This document shows positions 38,078 to 50,238 of a stretch of DNA of 64,000 nucleotides, piece after piece. The translations under genes and the position numbers were made by a program. The notes below the pieces were generated by a model. The model was not told the DNA's origin. It saw only the letters and a program-made list of their open reading frames with translations, and searched no databases. Source of the DNA: Octopus sinensis (lineage: Eukaryota); assembly GCF_006345805.1 (NCBI RefSeq), contig NC_043015.1, forward strand, positions 14,012,001 to 14,076,000, read 5' to 3'. Positions within the stretch are counted from its first letter, which is position 1; each line of letters starts with the position of its first letter.

Positions 38078-38985
38078 ATTGATTTCAAATTTTGGTACAA
38101 GGCCAGTAAATTTTTTTTGGAGCGGGGGGTGAGTCCATTACATCGACCCTAGTGTTCAACCGGTTTTTATTTTATCGACCTCGAAAGGTAAAGTCGACCT
38201 TGGCGGAATTTGAACTCAGAGAGCGCAAAGACGGATGAAATATCGCTAAGCATTTTTGCCCGGAGTGCTAACGACTGTGCCACCTCGAAGCCTTGATACT
38301 AAACGAATAATTATATCGTGTGAATAGTCTTCTAATCCTTTCTACTATAAGCATTAGGCCTGAAATATGAGGTAGGAATCCGGTACTTAGCTGGTGTTTA
38401 TTTCATAGATCGCGAAAGGATGAAAGCAAAGTCGATTAGGGCAAAATTTAAATTCAAAACGTAAAGCCTGAATAAATGCCGCTGAGCGCTTTGTTCGGTT
38501 CGTTAACGATTCTGCCAACTCGTCGCTTTATGGTCCCAAATTTTAGCACTAGGCCAGCGATTTTTGTGGGAAGAGACTAGTCGATTACATCGACACTAGT
38601 TCTCATTTGGTACTTATTTTATGGACCCCGAGAGAATAAAAAGTGAAGTCCGCCTCGGAAGAATTTGAACTCAGAACATAAAGCCGGAAGAAATACCTAT
38701 TTCTTTACTACCCACAAGAGGCTAAACACAGAGGGGACAAACAAGGACAGACAAACGGATTAAGTCGATTATATCGACCCCAGTGCGTAACTTGTACTTA
38801 ATTTATCGACCCCGAAAGGATGAAAGGCAAAGTCGACCTCGGCGGAATTTGAATTCAGAACGTAAGGGCTGACGAAATACCGCTAGGCATTTCGCCCGGC
38901 GTGCTAACTTTTCTGCCAGCTCACCACCAGCCGGAAGAAATACCGCTATGCATTTTATCCGACGTATGCTAGCTTGTTGCTTTAT
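38078..38985 (-). mobile_element. cluster of four SINE family B copies, one nested
   Basis: repeated GGAATTTGAACTCAGAAC and AAAGTCGACCT motifs; young copy 38698-38928 flanked by TSD AGCCGGAAGAAATACC. Confidence 0.88.
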
Positions 38986-39258
38986 AATAATAATGATAGA
39001 GAAGACGGCGCATGAGCGTTCAGCTTTTGCTGAACGACTTGCACAAATGATTTGTTTATAGGGATCAAATGTTCGTGCTGCACATTAGCTCACTTTCTAC
39101 CCATCCCGACATTGTCAGAACAGGAGCACTGTGCACTACGCGTCAGGTGTCGAAGTGATCGCAAAGCAACGTGAGGTGAAGTGTTTTGCTCAAGGACGCA
39201 GCATATCACCTGGTCTAAAAATTGAAATAATATTTATAATAATAATAATAATAATAAT

Positions 39259-39499
39259 AAAGAAGTGCAAAAGATTGTCTTAACTGGTACATCACACATA
39301 TTGAGAAGAGCATTGTCGATGTGAGAACTGTTGCTGCTCATGTATTTTAATTTAACTTAAAAAAAAAATTTTTTTTTAATGAACGAACTATTGAGTTTGG
39401 TTTAATGGCCTACCAATGTATACTATGAGTTTCTTTGCCCTAGGAGTCGGGAAGACACTCGGCAAGAAATGGAAGCAAATTTGAAAGAAGAAAAAAAAA

Positions 39500-39500
<1 letters not shown>
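39259..39500 (+). mobile_element. R4/Dong-like LINE 3' end in (TAA)n
   Basis: KEVQKIVLTGTSHILRRALSM* fits the R4-clade C-terminus (QK.VL.GT..ILR..L); (TAA)n on both sides. Confidence 0.75.
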
Positions 39501-39555
<55 letters not shown>

Positions 39556-39999
39556 CAATCCTTTCTATTGCAGGCACAAGGCTTGAAATTTGGAAGAAGG
39601 GGACTAGTCGATTTCATCAACCCCAGTGCTCAACTTAGCAGCATTTCGTTCGTCTTTACTTTCTGCGTTCAAACCCTACGGAGGCCGGCTTTGCCTTTCG
39701 TCCTTTCGGAGTTGATAAATAAGTATCAGTTGGCGACTGGAGTTCATGTATTCGACTTGCTCCTTCTCTCGACATTGCTGGCCTAGTGCGAAAATTTGAA
39801 ACCAGTTTAGAGAATTCTTTACTCACGGGATTATCGCCCCATCTCATTTGGAACTGGTCGTAATTGCCGTCGGGCGATAACATATTTTGCCTTCTCTGGA
39901 AGCTGAGTAAATTTCAATAAATCAGGAACCAAGAATTTATGCTGTCTGATATCTAATTGTCATTTGTTTGTTTTTATTTGTACATACATACATACATAC

Positions 40000-40822
40000 C
40001 ACACTAAAGATATCACCCACATCATAAGCAGTTGTCCGAAAATGTCATCACGCTATTATCTACCGATGAGACATGATGTAGCTAAGACACTATAGTGAAA
40101 TCCGTCGGAAGGATAATCCCGAAGACAAAGAAATAAGAACCCACAATATGGTAGAAGCCATAGCCACTCATGATAAAAAGGAATACTGGTGGAATGTCCC
40201 AGTGAAGACCTCAATAAAATGTAAGCATAACAGACCCGATATAATGATTTGGGATAGAGAAGAGAAACTGTGCACAGTTGTGGAAATTTGCTACCCAGCG
40301 GATGTTAGCATAAAGCGGAAGATCAGCTTTATGCTGACATTCAGCTTTCAGAAAAAATAGAACACCTATGTTAAACTATTGAGAAATCTGCTGTTACTCT
40401 ATCCAGATTACAAGTTCAGGTTTATACCTGTAATTATTGGGGCCCTGGGATATGTAATACACTGCCTAAATACCAATCTTGAGAAATTAGGCTTCTCAAA
40501 ACCAGAAAGGAGAAAGCTAATTCGAAGACTACAAATCCATTCCATCACTGGAACTGTAAAAATCTGTAAAACTTTCCAGAAGTTTATCATTTAAATATAT
40601 ATGAGCCTGTCTAAATATGCAACTATATGCATGAGAATACATAGACATACAAATTCGCACATACATAATACATACATACATGCATACATACAAACAAAGA
40701 TACCCTGTTTCTGATGTTGAAATTCCAATGAAGGAGCCTTGGATCGAGGTTAGAAACTGGATCTAGGTTAGAAATCTAGGTTTCTCCATTGGCAATAAAC
40801 CTTGAAATAAACTGAATAATAA
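40000..40822 (+). mobile_element. restriction-like-endonuclease LINE (R4/Dong-like), 5'-truncated, in (ACAT)n
   Basis: HIISSCP..SRYYLPMRHD (end of CCHC knuckle plus RHD), HNRPDIMIWD..VVEICYP (PD-(D/E) motif), PVIIGALG; stops and frameshifts. Confidence 0.88.
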
Positions 40823-41294
40823 CATACATACATACATACATACATACATACATACATACATACATACATACATACACGTGCACACAACACACACACATAC
40901 ACACACAGGAGCTACATATCGTTAAAGCTTATGATTTGAAAAAATGCTGAATAATTTTTCTTTTTCTATGCGTGTAATATATCAATTTAATACTTTAATC
41001 CGACTTAATCTGTCTTTCACTTTAGCACCACCACCTGGTCGAATGACGCTTTTATAGAGATCATTCTGTTGCAAGCATTCAAACTAGGTATCCCGGCTGA
41101 GGATAACTTACTTCCTCCCATTCACAGAAGCCTTAAAAAGGGTCATGATCATAACCCTTTTTCCTTCGGATATACCATTAAAACGTATGTATAGTGGTAA
41201 GGACACTTTCACATCTTTAATGTAAAGCAGTTCATAACCTCAACCAAAGACTAAATACAACGGCAAGTATAATTCAGTCTAACTAAATTACATT

Positions 41295-41506
41295 GGTTTC
41301 AAATTTTGGCACAAAGCCATCAATTTGGGGGGAGGGGTAAGTCTGTTACATCCACCCCATTGCTTAACTGATACTTATTTTATCGAACCTGAAATGAGGA
41401 AAGGCAAAGTCGACCTCGGTGGAATTTGAACTCAGAACGTAAAAACGGACAAAATGCCGCTAAGCATTTGCCCGGCGTGCTAACGATTCTGCCAGCTCAC
41501 TGCCTT
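41295..41506 (-). mobile_element. SINE family B
   Basis: head and core recognisable. Confidence 0.88.
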
Positions 41507-41554
41507 ATAACTCATTTTTATTAACCACAAAATTATCCATCCATCTTTTCCACC

Positions 41555-41880
41555 CGCTATTCCTAGGAGATTTATGGGCAGAGTTCTCTGGCACCGCCTC
41601 CATAAGGTCCTATCGGAAGCAACCGTCATCACACTTTCCGGCTGGATTCGCAAGCGCGACCAGATGAGATTAAGTATATAATCCAGATATCTCATTCATG
41701 GTCTTCACCCAAGGTCTCTTGCCGATTGACTCGGCTAGAAGAACCTGTCTTGTGATAACTTATTATGGCATTCTGAACATATATCTCTTGTACTGGAGCT
41801 GTGAACTCTCAATGCAGAGAAGTAGCGGCTGAAACTGGACAGATTCCCTGGGCAGAATTCTGCTTTAAGCACACCATATA
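41555..41880 (-). mobile_element. RTE-clade (Rex3/Expander-like) LINE C-terminal fragment
   Basis: QPLLLCIESSQLQY..MFRMP...GKRP...MRYLDYILNLIWSRLRIQPESVMTVASDRTLWR. Confidence 0.75.
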
Positions 41881-42456
41881 ATCCCCCAGAGCTTTTTTAT
41901 TTTTGTTGGGGGAGGGATTTTCAGAATTTTTTTGCGAATTTGTGTTCTACACACAGGAATTTATACGACTGTGCAAAACCCTCCAAAAAATATTGTGTAA
42001 GTTAAAGGATATTTAGCTGTTATTTTCAGCACGTCTCACGACCACCTTATACCGTCCTCATTTGTTTGTCATTCTGACGTATTGAGGTTTTTCAAGACCT
42101 TTATCCCCATAAACACATTTAATTGTCTATTGCTGGGATTTAGGCCAAAAGTTCAGACTATTTTAAACTGTGATTTTGAAAAAAATCGAAAATTTTTTTT
42201 TTAATTCTAATTTCGAAAATACTAAATAAATTTTTTTTTTCATAATCGTATGAATTCCCGTGTGTAGAACATAAATTCAAAAGCTTTTCAGAAAATTCTC
42301 AAAAAAAATGTTGAGGAGTTTATATGGCGTGCTTAAAGTAGAATTCCGTCATTCCCTGATCCCCGAGCTCCGTACTCTGTCGAGAAACGTTACTTCAGAG
42401 ACCCTTTGGATGAACCACATTTCGGTCTTTATATTCGCTATCGTAAAAGAGTTCGG

Positions 42457-42775
42457 TGGAGGCGCAATGGCCCAGTGGCTAGGGCAGCAGACTCGCGATC
42501 GTAGGATCGCTGTTTCGATTCCCAGATCGGGCGTTGTGAGTGTTTATTGAGCGAAAACACCTAAAGCTCCACGAGGCTCCGGCAGGGGGTGGTGGCGATC
42601 CCTGCTGTACTCTTTCGCCGCAACTTTCTCTCACTCTTTCTTCTGTTGGCCTGCTCGCTTAGCCAGCGGGGTGGCGTCATTTGAAGGCTAATACAATGCG
42701 AAGCGCATTGTAACCAGCGATGTGTAGCAACATCTGATAGCCTGGTCGTAAATAAATAAATAAATAAATAAATAG
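42457..42775 (+). mobile_element. tRNA-derived SINE family C, tail type 1
   Basis: GGAGGCGCAATGGCCCAGTGG A box, GTTTCGATTCCC B box, (TAAA)n end. Confidence 0.9.
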
Positions 42776-43174
42776 TTCGATCACAAAATTATAACAAATT
42801 AAAATACTTGATGACTAACCAAATAATGAAACATTTACGATCAAGGATCAGTGATTTTAGCTAAAATTGGTGGCAAGGCCACGTGATCTGTTTATGAGTT
42901 TTATAACTGAAACTAGACAATAAAAACAAATGTGTTTTTTTCTTTAGAAAAGAGTGACAAAAAAAACAATTCATAAGGATTTATACGAGGCAAGAACTGT
43001 GATTTATTTGCAAATACAAACTTAATGATTAACACGTACAAAGAAAACGAGTGTTACATAATTCATTGAGCGAGTGGCACTTAACAGTTTTTATTCTGAA
43101 ATAAATTTCTACGCTTAATTGTGCTATGAATGTGGGTTTTTTTCTTCTTTTTTAGTTATTTTGGAGTTTATTAA

Positions 43175-43840
43175 TGTGGCGAGCTGGCAGGATCGTTAGC
43201 TCTTCGGATAAAATACTTCGCGGCATTTCTTCTGACTCTTTACGTTCTAGGTTCAAATTCCGCCGAGCTCATCTGGGCATATCGTCCTTTTTAAAGTCGA
43301 TAGAAGTATCAACAGACCACCGAGGCTGATGTAATTGACTTAAGCCTCCCCTAAATTTACTGGTCTTGTAAAAAATATTTGAAACCATTATTTTTAGGTC
43401 TATTAAGATGGTAAACTAGCAGAATCGTTTAGTAGGACAAAATGCTAAGCGGCATTTCTTCCGACTCTATGTTCTGAATTAAAATACCGCCAAGTTCGAT
43501 TTTGTCTTGTCATTCTTTTGGGATCGCTCTATATATTAAAATTGCTGGCTTTGAAACAACCTTTTAGGTTCCTTGAAAAATTTAAAGACTTCCATCGTAC
43601 GTGAGTTCATCTTTGGAATAAGGAATGCGAGTGATGTGCATGAGTCTTGTAAACATTCTCTTCATTCCAGATATTCCGGCTTTACATTCTCTTCCTTCAT
43701 GGATATTCCGGCTTTGCATTCTGAGTTGGCTTTCATCCTTTTGGGATCGATAAAATGAATAACAATCGAACACTGGGTTGATGTAATCGACTAACACCTC
43801 CATCAAAATTTCAAGCCTTGTGCTTATAATAGAAGGATTA
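43175..43840 (+). mobile_element. three diverged SINE family B copies or fragments
   Basis: GGCGAGCTGGCAGGATCGTTAGC, GTTCAAATTCCGCCGAG and CTTTCATCCTTTTGGGATCGATAAA. Confidence 0.78.
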
Positions 43841-44597
43841 TGAGTCCGTGAGTATCCGATCCTATTTGAGTCGTTTGATCACCTTAAAACTAATAAAAAT
43901 TTAGATCGAATTCCAATACGAAAATGTCTTCAGTATAGAAAGAATATGACTAAATTTGTGTTTATTTTAACTTTTATTTGTTTCAGTCATTGACCAGCGG
44001 CTTCGCTTGGATACACACACACATATAGAAGGGCTTCCTCACAGACTCCATTTGCCAAATTCAGTCTCAAGGTAGAGTAGTATTGTGCTTTAGCAAAGTG
44101 TCATGGATAGTGGGTGATGTGTGAGTAGATGTGCTGTCGTGGTGCATCATCTGGGTTTTGTTTGTTTCTGCCTCAGTCTTCTTCCCGGTGCTGCCTCAAC
44201 TCAAACGCGGCAGCGTATCCAAATAACACTTTATTAATCGTCTGACCACACGTGGAATGAACGTGATTGTCAACGTCACTTCCAATACGAAAAAATATAT
44301 ACAGACACACTGTCAGCATCACTTTCTAATTTGTGCGTCACAGTGACGGTGATGCAATCCACTGCGACTATTGCTGTGTTTTTTTGTTTGTTTGTTTTTT
44401 TTTGACATCGTGGACGCACACTTATATTTCGTTCCCTGGTATATTTTTCAGTGACTTTGTATCAGCTTTCGAGTGATCAAATAACTGCCAACTGACTCTG
44501 ACTCAGCCCTCTTCTTCTTCATCTGTCAGCAGATGCGACACACATTTTGCGACGAAATACATCTTAAATTATTTTAATATCATGCTGCACGAACTTT

Positions 44598-44815
44598 TAC
44601 GACAGGGTGTTGAAAATTCTTAGCTTTAAGGCTATCACGAAAGACCTAGTTGGAGGCCCAACCTTTCGAGTCCTTTTACAGGACTTAGAAAAACTGAAGG
44701 ACTGCTACAATAAGTATGAGAACCTGACAGGAGAATATGTTGAATAAAATCATAATTAACTGATCCTCCTGTATTTTCTTTTACCTAAAGCCAGGAACTT
44801 TTCAGTATCCTCTTG
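44598..44815 (+). mobile_element. short mariner deletion derivative
   Basis: GLEKLKD.YNK..NLTGEYVE*-like C-terminus between diverged TIRs; second copy at 47732-47923. Confidence 0.72.
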
Positions 44816-45699
44816 CACACACACACACCTACGTATTCGGTAATTTTACAAACACTGAAGCGACGATTTTCACAGATCAACTCAAAATATCAGGGTTGTT
44901 TCTCCTGCTTTTCTTGACCAGAATTGACCGTCACACTAATGAATATGTCCCATAGATGTAATTATAATCAATTTAAATTACTCGGTCCACTTCATTATGT
45001 AGATAGACATTTACTTGACCTCCTGAAAACATTAGCCTAATTGTTCGTATCTAAATTTTACACTTCAGTTCGTTCATTTACTATCTGATTACCTTCTACT
45101 TCCTAAATTTAATACAGTTTATATATCTTGCCAGTATTTCATCCCAGAACACTATATTAGCGCGTCCTAGAACTATCAATAAATAAAGACGCCTGATCAT
45201 GTTCGGAAAAGGGCCTGTCGAAATGCATTGAAGAAAATATAATCCTGAAAAATGATTTTTAATAATTCAGAAATACAATTCTGCACTAAAACATATATAA
45301 GTAATGTTTTTTGCCACTTCAGGAGGACATCTCCAACTGGCTAACATCACAACGTGGGTCCGATGTACTGCGAGCAGGGGAACGAACCCCTACCATCTAA
45401 CGGTAACAAGACCAGTAGACCAGTCTTTTTCAGGATGATTCCCTTTGTCAGTACTGGAAACCTGTCTGCTAGGCATGGCAATTGTTCGTCCTAGCTCGCA
45501 GTATTTCGAAAAACAAACAACATTCAACCGCTGATTTTGCAACAAAGTAGCTTGTTCTAAAATCTCCAAAAGAGATACAAGTAGTAACAATACTGAAAAG
45601 TAATGTTTGTTGTCACTTCAACACGGCTGTTCTGTACAGAAATTCGTTACTACCATCTGGAGGAGAGAGATGTTAGCTCTAACTACTTTGCTCATACAT

Positions 45700-45789
<90 letters not shown>

Positions 45790-45809
45790 CACGTACATAC
45801 ATACATACA

Positions 45810-46438
45810 TGTCAAATAAAATGAGACAACAAAGCTGAGGCAGTGTGAAATTTCTAGGACATTTATAAAGAGAAAGGTAGTCTTACAGCTGTTTCAGGGA
45901 TAAAAAAGATATACCATCATCAAAGACGATATGAGAGAGTTAAATAGAAGGAAATAGTAGAGTTCAATATAAGAAGTTATTTTGGAAAGGGAGAGATATA
46001 AGAAATATACGAGGAAATATGAGAAAAAATATGTTGAATGTTAATGTTGTTGTTCCATTATTCAAAGAATGTTCTGTGTAGAACGGATAAAGAGGCTTCT
46101 TGTTCATGGTATATAAATTCCGATAAGAGTTCATATTTTGTGATTGCAACTGGATAGTGTGCAGATATCCAAAGGTATCTTGTAGTGTAATGGAACATCA
46201 ACTTTAACATTCAACATATTTTTTCTCATATTTCCTCGTATATTTCTTATATCTCTCGCTTTCCAAAATAACGCCTGATATTGAACTCTACAATTTCCTT
46301 CTATTTAACTCTCTCATATCGTCTTTGATGATGGGATATCTTTTATATCCCTGAAACAGCTGTAGGAAAACCTTTCTCTTTATAAATGTTCTAGAAATTT
46401 CGCACTACCTTGGTTTTGTTGTCTAATTTTATTTAACA
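45810..46438. mobile_element. foldback element with hammerhead-bearing arms
   Basis: about 235-bp inverted arms 45810-46043 and 46204-46438 with a 160-bp spacer. Confidence 0.93.
45880..45927 (-). ncRNA. type I hammerhead motif (C3 changed to U); mirror copy at 46321-46368 (+)
   Basis: GTCT-TTGATGA-tGG.ATA..TATCCCt-GAAAC-AGCT-GTA-AGAC; palindromic ACAGCTGT. Confidence 0.62.
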
Positions 46439-46530
46439 CAACATGCATTAGACTCCTCATTCATACTATTATCGAACCGGGAGTCTAATAGCGATCCTTA
46501 CGTAGCACTTACATAGCCTTACCTGCCTTT

Positions 46531-46935
46531 ATAGGCGCAGGCATGACTGTGTGGTAAGAAGCTTGTTTCCCAACCACATGGTTCAGGGTTCAATCCCACT
46601 GCGTGTCATCTTGGGCAAGTGTTTTCTACAATTGCTTCGGGCTGACCAAAGCCTTGTGAGTGGATTTGATAGACAGAAACTGATAGAAGGTCGAAATGTG
46701 TGTGTATGTATGTGTGTGTGTGTGTTTCTCCCCCATCACTGCTTGACAACCGGTGTTGGTGTATTTACGTCCCCGTAACTTAGTGGTTCAGTAAAAGAGA
46801 CCGATAGAATAAGTACTAGGCTTTAAAATAAGTGCTGGGGTCGATTTGTTCGACTAAACAAACCTTTCAAGGCGGTGCTCCAGTATGGCCGCAGTCAAAT
46901 GACTGAAACAAATAAAAGAATAAAAGAAAGTAAAA
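46531..46935 (+). mobile_element. SINE family A, full length
   Basis: complete head, core and tail. Confidence 0.9.
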
Positions 46936-47731
46936 GAATATAAAAGAAATATGTTTTTAGTTTGGCAGAATAAATCTTGGAGAAAAAATCCATTCTTTCT
47001 TTGATGACTGATCTTGCCCAAAGGTTACCCAACTTCTCTCAACACACGCTCCTCTTCTGCTTGTATCTCAAATTGATTTGTACCGAAGCAGACAATAGTT
47101 AGCTTAACCACTCCAGTAATTATCAATTTCTTATCAGACATTTAGGAAACGTTCTCTCTTGTTCTATCATTATCTCATCTACACGAAGGAACGGTTTTAT
47201 AATTATAACTGTAATTCATTGTTTTCTTTCAGTAGTATTATCGGTATGAACAATAAAACAATAAGGTAGGAACTAACATACTTAATATAGTGACTCAAGG
47301 CATTTTAATTATTTTAAACTACACCCTTAGTGACGAGATAAAAATATCATATAGTTAATTTAGCAGATAGTGAAAAAGATAAATAGATGTTAATCCATTT
47401 TTTTAGAATTTACTGGACACAAATTGTGTCTCAACAGGAAAATCGCTAAATACAAATGATTTTGAAACATTTGTATATTACTAATTGTTCATCATTGTAT
47501 ATTAACAGTAGCTAATCAATCGACCACAGACGAATGAAAGGCAATGGAGATGTCGGTAAAATTCGAACTCAAAAATAGAATGTCGAAAGAAAATACAGTG
47601 AAGAGTAGAAGACCCTACCAACTCCCTGTATACTGACCTCCAGATCTCACTTAAATTCAAGCTGCTTTCACACTGGTTCGCAAACTGTGTGTTGCAAGGA
47701 GAATCTGAATGCATCGCGAATATTTAAGAAC

Positions 47732-47923
47732 TACGATGAGGTATTCAAAGGTTCTTGGCTTTAAGGGTGTCGCGAAAAGCCTGGCTGGAGGTCCAACCTT
47801 CCTAGTTCTTTTACAGGGCTTAGAAAAACTGAAGGACCGCTACAGTGTGTGAATCTGAGAGGGGAATACGATGAATAAAATCCTAATTAACTGATCCTCC
47901 ACAAAGCCAGGAATATTTCAGCA
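47732..47923 (+). mobile_element. short mariner deletion derivative
   Basis: homologous to 44598-44815 (CTTAGAAAAACTGAAGGAC...GAATAAAATC.TAATTAACTGATCCTCC). Confidence 0.72.
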
Positions 47924-48739
47924 CACACACACACACATACTCACACACTCACACACACACACACACACACACATATGGACATACATACAAAAAACTGTGG
48001 ATCATGCACAATTACATACTCATATTTTTTTTTTATTTAGTTTCAGCTCACAAGCTGTGGCCATGCTGGGGCGTACATTTTTTGTTTACTTTGTTTACTT
48101 CAGATGATTTCTTTGAAGTAGACTTCAAAGAACACGCACACACACACACACAAATTCCCAACCATATTACGACGTACCAGCTGACCACTTACGCTTTATA
48201 TTTCTTCTGTAAAGCCTAATATTTTTCGTAATCAATTTATTGAACAGTCGTCGGTTAGAATTAATGAAATTTGCACCTAAAAGCTATTTTATAAGGAACT
48301 CAGTTGTATTCTTAATCATCATAAAAATAATATATACCTGCTGGGACAATAATGTTCCAGTGTTAGTGCATCCCTTGAATAAATATTTACAAATATTGTC
48401 ATTTCTTTGAAATACCATATAAACCGAGAAAATGTATATAAAATACGTTGCTATGTAAATAAATAAATAGGCTAAACTTAATTGACTTAATAAAATAATG
48501 CAATTTCTAAGGAGAGTTGTAAACACGACCCACCTTATATAAGCAAGAGGCAAAACATCCGGCTGCCTTTGTTGCCGTCACTCGTAAAAAGATGATTCCA
48601 TAGTATGAAGTATTGAAGTCGAATTTGAATAGATGTGGCTTTTGGGAACATATATTTCTCACCTGGTTTTTAGATTCGACATATGACTTCCAAAAGTCAA
48701 GAAAGATCAACTCTACTGTCGATATTTCTGAAATGATAG

Positions 48740-48938
48740 AAGGCGGTGAGCCGACAGAATCGTTAACACGCCGGGTAAAAAGCTTAGCGGCATTTCGTCC
48801 GTCTTCACGTTCAGGGTTCAAATTCCGAAGAGGTCGATTCTTATCTTTCATCCCATCGGGGGTCGAAAATAAATAGGTACCGATTGAATACTGGGGTCGA
48901 AATAGCCGACTTACCCTCCTCTAAAATTTTTGGCTCTG
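48740..48938 (+). mobile_element. SINE family B interrupted near its 3' end by the Mutator-like element
   Basis: AAGGCGGTGAGCC head and core; tail resumes after 50247. Confidence 0.82.
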
Positions 48939-50238
48939 GGATCTTTTCCTTTTGATAGCCAGATTTCAACATAATTTCTAGTTAACTAAAACACTTTAAA
49001 ACTTCGTATACTGGTAGAATGTGTCAAAAGAAAACATTATTTTCACTTGGCTTTTTTGATAAATTTGTAATTCGTTTGTTTAACGTAGTTTAATTTTTCG
49101 AATTTTAACCAATCCTATGCTCTCTTTTGAGCTGAAATTATTTGCTGCGTTATCGATATTGATAAACAAACGAGGAGAGTTGTGTTGGCATGTGCTAGAA
49201 ACAACACCCATATCTCTTAAATCGATGAATTTCGTCGCCCAATAAAAATATTAACGATATTTTTTGAATATTTTCTTTATTTTTTTTTTACCAAAAAGGC
49301 TTCTCCCATGGTTTTGAAGGGCCAAAAACAACAAAAACAAAACAATAATATGCCTAAATCGGTCTAGAGTGGGATATGAGGGTGCGTGGAGTGTGGGTCG
49401 TATTGTAAACATTTACGAAATATTTTTTCATAAAAGGATGCCCCAGCTTGTCGGAGGCTGTGATATAAATTGGGGAAAAAATCCTCGACACCAGTGCGTA
49501 ATTGGTACTTAATTTATCGACCCCGAAACGATGAAACATTGATCCCCCATTTCTGGTTTATTTATCTTTTGTGTAAATTTGTTCCGGCAAGGGGCTCTAT
49601 CGACACCAGTGCGTGCGTGCGTAACTGGTACTTAATTTACCCCTAACCCTAACCCTAAACCTAACCCCTAACCCTAACCCTATCGCGTGACAGCCTTCCG
49701 GCATCGGTCGCTAGCTTTGGTTAGGTTTAGGGTTAGGGGTTAGGTTCAGGGTTAGGGGTTAGGGTTAGAGGTTAGGTTTAGGGTTAGGGTTAGGGTTAAG
49801 GGTAAGGTTTAGGGTTAGGGTTAGAGTTAGGGATAAATTAAGTACCAGTTACGTACTGGGGCCGGTCTAAACAACGGCAGTAATTCGTTATCGATATTGA
49901 TAAATAAACGTGAATTTACTAATAATCGTAAAGAAAAAAAATCCCACCTTGGGGCCGGTAGGTTAGCCCGACATCGAACTCACGAACACTACATTACGAA
50001 CAAAACGGATGTTGTCTCAGTTTTTAGACGCAGCAAATGATGTCAGCTCAAAAGAGAGCATAGAATTGGTTAAAATTCGAAAAATTAAACTACGTTAAAC
50101 AAACGAATTACAAATTTATCAAAAAAGCCAAGTGAAAATAATGTTTTCTTTTGACACATTCTACCAGTATACGAAGTTTTAAAGTGTTTGGTTAACTAGA
50201 AATTGTGTTGAAATCTGGCTATCAAAAGGAAAAGATCC
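48939..50238. mobile_element. Mutator-like (MULE) non-autonomous element, 1.3 kb
   Basis: about 210-bp TIRs beginning GGATCTTTTCCTTTTGATAGCCAG; perfect 9-bp TSD TTGGCTCTG at 48930-48938 and 50239-50247. Confidence 0.92.
49641..49832. repeat. (CCCTAA)n - about 36-bp spacer - (TTAGGG)n telomeric cassette
   Basis: C-strand tract 49641-49682, G-strand tract 49719-49832. Confidence 0.95.

Noticed and set aside
42457-42535. tRNA gene
   Set aside because: It is a SINE head: A and B boxes run into a SINE body and no acceptor stem forms. The same applies to the other SINE heads.
49641-49832. Ancestral chromosome end-to-end fusion site
   Set aside because: Polarity is CCCTAA then TTAGGG, opposite to a fusion, and the tract lies inside a TSD-flanked transposon.
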